Assembly: GCA_041586955.1 (NCBI GenBank)
Contig: JBFGZE010000097.1
Span: forward strand, 1-11,309
Length of the DNA: 11,309 bases
Direction of reading: 5' to 3'
Origin: Bacteriovoracaceae bacterium
Lineage (GTDB): Bacteria; Bdellovibrionota; Bacteriovoracia; Bacteriovoracales; Bacteriovoracaceae
Part shown: piece by piece, positions 1-6,889 of the stretch
Layout of the letters: each line of letters opens with the position of its first letter
Position numbering within the stretch: the first letter of the stretch is position 1
Made by a program: the position numbers and the translations under genes
Notes under the pieces: generated by a model
What the model was told of the DNA's origin: nothing
Seen by the model: the letters and a program-made list of their open reading frames with translations, nothing else
The model's database searches: none

Positions 1-409
1 CAATGCCGCCACGAGGAGTAAATTCCCCAATAACTTCAATGTATTTTGGTTTAATTAATGCTGCCAAGTCGTCACAAATTTTTTGCACACAATCTTCGTG
101 GAAGTCTCCATGGTTACGAAAACTAAATAGATATAATTTCAAGGACTTACTTTCGACCATCTTTTTGTCGGCCACATAATTGATAAAAATACGGGCAAAG
201 TCTGGTTGATTGGTTTTAGGGCATAAAGACGTGAATTCAGTACAAACAAAAGTCGTCCAGGCCTCACTGCCCGGGTTTTTATTGGGGAAGGCCTCAAGGA
301 CGTAGGGGGCATAGGTGGTCGGGTAGTCGGTATTGGCCTGGCCGAGAGTAAAGTCTTTTAGTTCTTTTGCGTTGCGCCCAGCTTTTTTCTTGATAATCTT
401 TTTTGCCAT
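1..409 (-). CDS. queF: NADPH-dependent 7-cyano-7-deazaguanine (preQ0) reductase QueF, unimodular type; 3' end runs off the window
   Basis: Absent from the ORF track. Manual translation from ATG at 409-407: [23 protein letters not shown]...[21 protein letters not shown]...[24 protein letters not shown]...GEFTPRGGI. It has the catalytic Cys (CPxTxQPDFA), the QueF motif [12 protein letters not shown] and PRGGI. An AAGGA SD-like sequence lies upstream on the minus strand. Confidence 0.96.
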   Translation of the reverse strand, partial: MAKKIIKKKAGRNAKELKDFTLGQANTDYPTTYAPYVLEAFPNKNPGSEAWTTFVCTEFTSLCPKTNQPDFARIFINYVADKKMVESKSLKLYLFSFRNHGDFHEDCVQKICDDLAALIKPKYIEVIGEFTPRGGI

Positions 410-486
410 GAGATTTCGGTCCTTTTCATTGCCTTTCTACTAAATTTAGGTCAAATTCCATTATAGAATAATGATGGATTTTTAAC

Positions 487-2892
487 ATGGTGCAATCGAA
501 AAAGCAAAAGTCGCCGATGGTGATATTGGTGCAATTGGGGTCTCCGGCGTCGCCGGGATTGAAAGACGTCCGCAAATTCCTCAAGGAGTTTTTAGGGGAT
601 CCACGAGTGGTGGATATCAATCCTTTTTTGTGGAAAATTATTCTTAATCTATTTGTCCTGCCATTTCGGCCTGCAAAGTCTGCGCGCCTTTACCGTCGTA
701 TCTGGAATGAGGAAAAACAAGAATTCCCTTTGATTCGCTATACTGAGGATTTTGCCCAAAAGGTAGGTGAGCAATTAAAAGATCAGGGGATTCTGGTGCG
801 CCATGCCTATCTCCTGGCCGAACCGCGCTTTGCTGCTATTTGGGATGAATATGAAAAAGACCCAGGAGCTGTGAGCGAGTTTATTATCGTGCCTCTTTTC
901 CCTCAATTTTCAGAGTCTACCACTATGAGTGTGATTGATATTTGGAATAAAGAATTGCATCAACGTGCTATTTCGCCCAGTTATCGTTTTCTTAATTGCT
1001 TTCACACCTCAAAGGCCTTTATTGATAATTCCGTTCTTAGAATTAATGCTAGTTTAGCACAATTAACAAAAGAGAAAGGGAAGCTTGATGCTCTTGTTAT
1101 TTCCTTTCATGGTATCCCCAAGAGGCGAGTGCTTTATAAAGGGGATTTTTACTTCGATCATTGCTTTGAAACCTTTCAACTACTTAAAGAACGGATTGAA
1201 GGTATTGATAGCGATCGCATTCATATGACCTTTCAATCGAGGTTTGGGTCAGAGGAGTGGCTGACCCCTTATACCGAAAATTATTGTCAAAACTTAGTTG
1301 CCGAGGGGCATTCAAAAATGGCGGTTTATTGCCCCGCTTTTGTTGCTGATTGTTTAGAGACAATCGATGAGATTGGCACGGAGTTAAAAGAAGATATTGA
1401 GTCTCTCGGTGGAGAGGTTTATCCCATACCCTGTCTCAATGATGATGATCGCTGGGCACAAGACTTTGCCACATTCCTCCAAGCGGAGGTTAATGGCACT
1501 AACTTAGAGCGGGAGCAACTGGCCTATGAGTTCAGACCCGACCAATATGATAAAAAACCGGAGATCGTTATGCAGTCACCCCCTCTCAGTGCTCCCGCTA
1601 AGAAGAGCTTAAAACTTATTTTCCTGACACTTTTTCTCGATTTGGTGGGATTTAGTATTATCTTTCCCCTTTTTCCAGAACTGGCGAAACATTATTTAGA
1701 GGTGGATGCTGATAATTATTGGTTACGTATGATCTTTGATGGCATAGGCAATTGGGCATCAGTAACAGGTGGTGATCTAACGGGAATTGTCCTCTTTGGA
1801 GGAGCTCTTGGCGCTCTATATTCATTTCTCCAATTTCTGGCAGCACCCATTTGGGGTGGCCTTTCCGATCGTATTGGTCGGCGTCCGATTCTTCTTATGT
1901 CAGTCGGTTGTTTGGCCTTGAGTTATCTTCTATGGTTTTTTTCGGGCTCCTTTACTCTATTAATATTGGCGCGTTTTATCGGCGGTATTATGGGAGGGAA
2001 TATTTCTGCGGCGACGGCGGTTGTTGCGGATGTCACCACCAAAGAGAATCGTTCTAAAGGAATGGCCTTCGTCGGTATCGCTTTTGCGATGGGCTTTATT
2101 TTTGGCCCCGCTCTCGGTGGAATTTTCTCAATGATTGATTTAACAAAGCTATATCCCTCCTTGGTTAGCTACGGGGTGAATCCTTTTTCTATGCCAGCGT
2201 TAGTTGCTTTTATTCTCTCCGTTGTGAATTTTATCAATCTCTATCGTAGCTTTGACGAAACATTGCCGGCCGAAAAAAGAGGCCTTCATAAGAGCGACCG
2301 TTCAGTAAACCCTATTGTTCTCTTTAAGCCCCTGCCATATGCTGGAGTGAACCTGACCAATTTTGGTCATTTCCTCTTTTTGATGGCCTTTAGTGGTATG
2401 GAGTTTACTCTCACTTTCTTGGCCTTTGAGCGCCTGGGCTATCGAGCTATGGATAATGCCTATATGTTTATATTTATCGGCCTTATCATCGCCTTGGTTC
2501 AAGGCGGCCATGTTCGCCGCAAGGCCCATCAAGTAGGCGAGAAGAAAATGGTATTGCAGGGATTGGCCTGTATCATTCCAGGCCTTATTTTAATTGCCTA
2601 CGCCCAGGTAACATGGGTGCTCTACGCTGGTTTATTCTTTTTAGCAGTGGGATCGGCGATGGCAATCCCTTGTTTAACCTCATTGGTATCACTCTATACC
2701 CCCTCGCAATATCAAGGTCGCAGTGTCGGGATTTTTCGCTCTCTTGGTGCCTTGGCGCGGGTTCTAGGTCCGGTTTTGGCGAGTATTATTTATTGGAAGT
2801 ATGGGAGCCAATATCCATATTTAATCGGCTCTTTTTTCCTCTTTCTTCCTATTCTTATGCTGAGCCGCTTGCCTAAGCCTGCTTTAAAATAG
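487..2892 (+). CDS. hemH: Fusion protein: N-terminal ferrochelatase (about aa 1-335) plus C-terminal MFS transporter of the DHA1/TetA/MFSD10-like type (about aa 372-801)
   Basis: Ferrochelatase motifs: LGSP, FLxEFLGDPRVVD, PLFPQFSESTT, SFHGIP (catalytic His), FQSRFG-EEWL-PYT, FVADCLETIDEI, IPCLND. MFS motifs: TM1 Asp (FLDLVG), motif A GGLSDRIGRRP, ARFIGG, antiporter motif C GFIFGPALGG, and about 12 hydrophobic segments. No in-frame stop between the domains. Confidence 0.93.
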   Translation: MVQSKKQKSPMVILVQLGSPASPGLKDVRKFLKEFLGDPRVVDINPFLWKIILNLFVLPFRPAKSARLYRRIWNEEKQEFPLIRYTEDFAQKVGEQLKDQGILVRHAYLLAEPRFAAIWDEYEKDPGAVSEFIIVPLFPQFSESTTMSVIDIWNKELHQRAISPSYRFLNCFHTSKAFIDNSVLRINASLAQLTKEKGKLDALVISFHGIPKRRVLYKGDFYFDHCFETFQLLKERIEGIDSDRIHMTFQSRFGSEEWLTPYTENYCQNLVAEGHSKMAVYCPAFVADCLETIDEIGTELKEDIESLGGEVYPIPCLNDDDRWAQDFATFLQAEVNGTNLEREQLAYEFRPDQYDKKPEIVMQSPPLSAPAKKSLKLIFLTLFLDLVGFSIIFPLFPELAKHYLEVDADNYWLRMIFDGIGNWASVTGGDLTGIVLFGGALGALYSFLQFLAAPIWGGLSDRIGRRPILLMSVGCLALSYLLWFFSGSFTLLILARFIGGIMGGNISAATAVVADVTTKENRSKGMAFVGIAFAMGFIFGPALGGIFSMIDLTKLYPSLVSYGVNPFSMPALVAFILSVVNFINLYRSFDETLPAEKRGLHKSDRSVNPIVLFKPLPYAGVNLTNFGHFLFLMAFSGMEFTLTFLAFERLGYRAMDNAYMFIFIGLIIALVQGGHVRRKAHQVGEKKMVLQGLACIIPGLILIAYAQVTWVLYAGLFFLAVGSAMAIPCLTSLVSLYTPSQYQGRSVGIFRSLGALARVLGPVLASIIYWKYGSQYPYLIGSFFLFLPILMLSRLPKPALK

Positions 2893-3730
2893 GTAGTAAA
2901 AAGGTTTCCACAATATAATGGGCCGTCGATTGATGATAACTTTCATCAATCGAACGCAGTCCAGGGCAATTATTTATTTCCAAAAAAACTGGCCCTTTGT
3001 GAGTATTTAAAAAATCAATAGCATAAATGCCAGGGGCCAAATATTGGCGAAAAAAGTTGTGCATAGGCCTAAGTGTGCTGGGAACTTCCTTTTCGGGGAG
3101 TGCCTCGACCGTGGCGCCTTGGGTGAGGTTGTGGCGCCAGTCGTTGGGGTTATTTTTATAAAGCCACCAATGATGGCCACGACTGGGGTGGTTAATAAGA
3201 AATAGACGAAATTCACCTTTGTTGGGGATAAAGGGTTGGTAGATGTAGCGTTGATCTTTACGCCTAAGTGCCTCTTTTTGCCAAATCACGAATTCTTCTG
3301 GGTTTAAGCGTTCGATGCCGCGTCCGCCAGAGCTGCGCTGGGGCTTGATGACCCAAGAGTCGCTTTTCAAGGGATAATCTTTATTGGTAAACGGGCCACG
3401 CCATGAAAAGCTGGGAATTCCTGGGATGGGAATATCATGCATTAATGGAATTTGCGCCAATTTATCACGGATTAAAAAAGATTGATTAGGTGAATTGATA
3501 ACCGGTACACCGAGCTTTTCTTTTTCGAGACAAAAATAAAGGTCATAATCATCATAGCGATATCCACTGATACGGTTAAATATCAAGGTGGGGGTTGTGA
3601 TTTTATGACACTCACCATTGAATGGATTGGCGAATTGAACTTCTGCGTTAAAGGCCGTGAGCGCCTGCGCCAAGGAACTTGGCGCATAGAGTTGTGGATT
3701 CTCACTTAAGATTATTCCCAATGATTTCAT
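2873..3730 (-). CDS. RimK/LysX-family ATP-grasp ligase (substrate unknown)
   Basis: PVINS..RDKL, WVIKPQRSSGGRGI, YQPFIP, EFRLFLI, DWRHNLTQGA, AIDFL and VFLEINNCPG follow the RimK-type ATP-grasp motif order. Overlaps the 3' end of hemH-MFS by 20 bp, convergently. Confidence 0.85.
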   Translation of the reverse strand: MKSLGIILSENPQLYAPSSLAQALTAFNAEVQFANPFNGECHKITTPTLIFNRISGYRYDDYDLYFCLEKEKLGVPVINSPNQSFLIRDKLAQIPLMHDIPIPGIPSFSWRGPFTNKDYPLKSDSWVIKPQRSSGGRGIERLNPEEFVIWQKEALRRKDQRYIYQPFIPNKGEFRLFLINHPSRGHHWWLYKNNPNDWRHNLTQGATVEALPEKEVPSTLRPMHNFFRQYLAPGIYAIDFLNTHKGPVFLEINNCPGLRSIDESYHQSTAHYIVETFLLPILKQA

Positions 3731-3738
3731 TTTATTAG

Positions 3739-3767
3739 TTCACCGGAGGTATTTTTTTATCTACAAT
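3739..3767 (+). promoter_or_regulatory. Candidate sigma70 promoter for the M14 peptidase gene
   Basis: TTCACC (3739-3744), 17 bp spacer, TACAAT (3762-3767). Its position favours the ATG at 3793 over the one at 3775. Confidence 0.5.
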
Positions 3768-3792
3768 ATGCCTCATGATATTAATTGAGAAG

Positions 3793-4821
3793 ATGAAAAT
3801 TGGTTTTTTCCTCATTTTAGGGGTTGTTTTTATAAGCTGTACGCAGGTTGAAAAACAAAATCTCAAAAATACGAGAAATGGACAAGCGCAGCTCGTGCAA
3901 AAGGTTAGGCCTAATTGGTTTTCCTCGCTTACTCCGATGACTGAGAAGGGTCGTGATAAGCTTTGCCAAAAAGTGAAAAAGAAATGGGTCACTTATCATT
4001 GGGGTAAATCTTATTGTGATAAAGTCAATTGGATGCAAATGGGGGAGTCTCATTTAAAAACGCCACTGGGTTTTGTGGTTTATGGTAATCCCCAAATTGA
4101 TTTAAAAAAGGCCGATACCACTTTGATTTTTTGCGGGGTTCACGGAGATGAAATCACCCCGGTCAAGTTTTGTTTCGATGTGATGAACTATTTAGAAAAC
4201 CTGGGGATGAACGACGAACATAATCATTTTAAAGACCATCTGGTTATTGTCGCTCCTATCGCTAATCCGGACTCCTTCTTTAAAAAATATCCATCTCGTA
4301 CCAATCATAAAGGCATTGATATTAATCGGAATTTACCAACTAAGGATTTTTCCAGTGATGCCATTCGACTATGGAAGTCTCGCTATCGTAAGGACGGCCG
4401 GCGCTTTCCTGGAGAAACGGCAGGCAGTGAGCCTGAAACTCAATTTCAATTAAAATTAATGGAGACCTTTGGCCCAGAAAAAATCATTTCAGTCCATTCT
4501 CCATTGACCATGTTAGATTACGATGGGCCAATGGGCCACTTTGAAGGCGGAGAGATTGGAACCAAGGCCAATCAATTATTGATTCAGATGGCCGAATCCG
4601 CCCGAGGTTACCGCATTAAGAATTATCCGTTTTTTCCAGGTAGCCTTGGCAATTATGCAGGTAATGAGCGCAATATTCCCACCTATACTCTGGAATTGCC
4701 ATCAAGTGATAATCGCAAATCTAAGCAGTATTGGAAATTATTTAAGTCCTCCATTCACTCGGCCATTTTTCATAAAATGAAAAGACCTGTTGCCTCGCTT
4801 AAGACAGAAACCGTGAATTGA
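3793..4821 (+). CDS. M14-family zinc carboxypeptidase/amidase, MpaA-like, predicted lipoprotein
   Basis: Zn-binding GVHGDE, NPD, DINRN, SEPET, ISVHSP, PGSLGNY and TLELP (catalytic Glu). N-terminus MKIGFFLILGVVFIS-C is a signal peptide II with a lipobox. Preferred start is ATG 3793, after GAGAAG; the ORF track starts at 3775. Confidence 0.85.
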   Translation: MKIGFFLILGVVFISCTQVEKQNLKNTRNGQAQLVQKVRPNWFSSLTPMTEKGRDKLCQKVKKKWVTYHWGKSYCDKVNWMQMGESHLKTPLGFVVYGNPQIDLKKADTTLIFCGVHGDEITPVKFCFDVMNYLENLGMNDEHNHFKDHLVIVAPIANPDSFFKKYPSRTNHKGIDINRNLPTKDFSSDAIRLWKSRYRKDGRRFPGETAGSEPETQFQLKLMETFGPEKIISVHSPLTMLDYDGPMGHFEGGEIGTKANQLLIQMAESARGYRIKNYPFFPGSLGNYAGNERNIPTYTLELPSSDNRKSKQYWKLFKSSIHSAIFHKMKRPVASLKTETVN

Positions 4822-4894
4822 TGGCCCTCGATTTTATTCTATCAAACTAACTCCTTAATATTTCACAATAGCCAACTTTTTTTGGCGAAATGGC

Positions 4895-4921
4895 TAAACC
4901 ATTAGAAACTTCCTCCGATAA
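4895..4921 (+). promoter_or_regulatory. Candidate sigma28 (FliA) promoter for the PilZ-GAF-AAA+ regulator
   Basis: TAAA (4895-4898), 15 bp spacer, TCCGATAA (4914-4921), against consensus TAAA-N15-GCCGATAA. It ends 30 bp upstream of the ATG, and a GAGG SD follows. Confidence 0.7.
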
Positions 4922-4951
4922 GTTGACTGGATCATTTGTGAGGTATTCATC

Positions 4952-6889
4952 ATGTTAGCGAGCTTTTCAGAATTCAAATTTTACCAATCCTTTCGTATTC
5001 CGGTCGAGAAGGCCGATAACCTTAGGTTTTTGGCCGAAAGGGATGATGAGTTTGGTAAACCTGTTTATATTGACGATGCCCGCTTAGTCGATATTTCTAT
5101 CACGGGGCTAGGCTTTGCCACGAAAGACCGGATCTCTGTAGGTGATGAAATTACCGTTTCCCTGCAATTTAAAAAGCAACATTTAGACCTGACAGGGAAA
5201 GTTGTCCGCGCCTTTTATAATAGTATAGAAGACGAAGAGCTGATTTATGGAATCGAGATTGATGAGGAAAGTGCCATTAATAAATTTCTGGAAACTTTTA
5301 TATTAAGCTTTTCAACAGATCGTCTTAAAGAATGTCTTATCGATTCAGCATTAAAAGAGCGTTATACCAAGGCCTCTGATGGTTTTGAAATGTTCTCTTT
5401 ATTATTGAGCCTTTTTAAAGATATCACCCATTTTGGTGATAAAGAGGGCTTCCTTGATAGTATGCTAGAGGAAGTTGTTCGTGTGATAAATGCACAAAGG
5501 GCATCTATTTTTCTTATTAATCCCGAAACGAATGAATTAGAGGCGGTCAATGCCATAGGTATTGAAAAGGGTAAATTAAAGTTTGATTATCGTATGGGGA
5601 TTGCCGGTTCTGTTTTCACTACAGGAGTGGCGCTTAATATTGATATTCATACCGATAGTAGTCGCTTTAATGAATCATTTGATAAAATATTTAATTTTGA
5701 GACCCGCTCGATTATTTGTCATCCAATTCATAATAGAGAAGATAAAATTATTGGCGTCATTGAGGTGATCAATAAGAGAAATCAAGATCGCTTTACCGTA
5801 GAAGATGAAAAAACGATGAAGGTCTTGGCCCTCGTCTTCAGTTCAGTCTTTCATAGTTTTAACCCCATTTCTGAATCAAGTCAGATTAGACGGTTTTCAA
5901 CGCCATTTGACCGAAAGTTTGCTATGGTCGGTCGCTCCACTCATATTTCTTCTTTACGGGGCGCGATTATTAAAATGAAAGATATTGAATGCCCTGTTCT
6001 TATTCAAGGTGAGACTGGTACTGGTAAATCTCTATTTGCCCGCATTCTTCATCATGAAGGGCAACGGGGTTTAAAAAGCTTTGAAACGATTGATTGTCGA
6101 GAAAAAGATATTGAAATTCTTGAGCAGCAATTATTTAGTACCGATGAAAATATCTGTAAATTTGCCAAATGCCGAGGTGGTACTTTATTTCTCAAAAATA
6201 TTTGTTCATTACCTATAAAGGTACAAAGAAAATTATTAAATGTGATTTCAGAAAGAGGTGTGCCAAATGGTAAAATCTCGTTTGATTCTCGTATCATTGT
6301 ATCTTCGGGGAAAGATTTAGCAGAAATGGTAGAAGAGGGGTCTTTTGATCGCGAATTATTTAATGTTGTCTCTAAGGCCTTCATCTATATTGAGCCTTTA
6401 AGAAGACGCCAAGATGATATTGATTTATTAGTAGATTATTTTTTAAAGTTGGAATGTAAAAAACAAGGGCTACTTCTTAAAAATTATTCTCCCCGTGCTT
6501 TAGATAAAATGAAAGATTACGATTGGCCCGGAAATATCAATGAATTGCGTATTTGTGTCGAGCGTTCAGTACTATATAATCCAAAGGCGCATATTATTAC
6601 TGATATAGACTTTGATTCGGCGGCGGCGCTCATTGATATTAGCGCCAAAAAAAGAATGTTTGGTGATTTGCCCCATGTTAGTGACTTTCATATTTCACTT
6701 AAAGACCGTCTCGCGATCGTTGAACGTGAAATGATTCTTGCGGAAATTAAACGCAATAATGGCAATAAATCAAAAGCGGCAAAGGAAATGGGTATTTCTC
6801 GCGAGGCGTTGCGGAAAAAGCTCTTGATTAGTCAGGATGTTCTTGAGGTTATTGATGGTGGCGCTATAGATAAAAAGAAGGCCGCTTAA
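4952..6889 (+). CDS. PilZ-GAF-AAA+(sigma54-interaction family, degenerate)-Fis-type HTH transcriptional regulator
   Basis: PilZ-like N-terminus (RIPV...LVDISITGLGF...GKVVR...YGIEI). GAF domain (RASIFL, GIAGSVFTTG, TRSIICHPI, IIGVIEVINK..FTVEDE). Walker A GETGTGKS, PLRRRQDDI, YDWPGNINEL. HTH GNKSKAAKEMGISREALRKKL. Confidence 0.9.
   Translation: MLASFSEFKFYQSFRIPVEKADNLRFLAERDDEFGKPVYIDDARLVDISITGLGFATKDRISVGDEITVSLQFKKQHLDLTGKVVRAFYNSIEDEELIYGIEIDEESAINKFLETFILSFSTDRLKECLIDSALKERYTKASDGFEMFSLLLSLFKDITHFGDKEGFLDSMLEEVVRVINAQRASIFLINPETNELEAVNAIGIEKGKLKFDYRMGIAGSVFTTGVALNIDIHTDSSRFNESFDKIFNFETRSIICHPIHNREDKIIGVIEVINKRNQDRFTVEDEKTMKVLALVFSSVFHSFNPISESSQIRRFSTPFDRKFAMVGRSTHISSLRGAIIKMKDIECPVLIQGETGTGKSLFARILHHEGQRGLKSFETIDCREKDIEILEQQLFSTDENICKFAKCRGGTLFLKNICSLPIKVQRKLLNVISERGVPNGKISFDSRIIVSSGKDLAEMVEEGSFDRELFNVVSKAFIYIEPLRRRQDDIDLLVDYFLKLECKKQGLLLKNYSPRALDKMKDYDWPGNINELRICVERSVLYNPKAHIITDIDFDSAAALIDISAKKRMFGDLPHVSDFHISLKDRLAIVEREMILAEIKRNNGNKSKAAKEMGISREALRKKLLISQDVLEVIDGGAIDKKKAA

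Noticed and set aside
467..485. Canonical Fur box upstream of hemH
   Set aside because: AATAATGATGGATTTTTAA matches only about 10 of 19 positions, mostly in one half, which is expected by chance in AT-rich DNA.
410..486. preQ1 riboswitch upstream of queF
   Set aside because: The minus-strand leader lacks the preQ1-I stem-loop followed by an A-rich tail, and the spacer is very short.
2873..3730. Graspetide (ATP-grasp RiPP) biosynthetic cluster
   Set aside because: No precursor peptide with repeated core motifs is nearby, and the enzyme motifs are RimK-like.
3775..3792. ORF-track start of the M14 peptidase at 3775
   Set aside because: ATG 3793 has a purine-rich SD, gives a typical MK-hydrophobic-lipobox signal, and fits the predicted promoter.
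4871..4886. Intrinsic terminator after the M14 gene
   Set aside because: The stem is only 5 bp, with the T-run in the loop rather than after the stem.
4882..4897. Sigma54 -24/-12 promoter (TTGGCG...)
   Set aside because: There is no GC dinucleotide at the required GG-N10-GC spacing; AA is found there instead.
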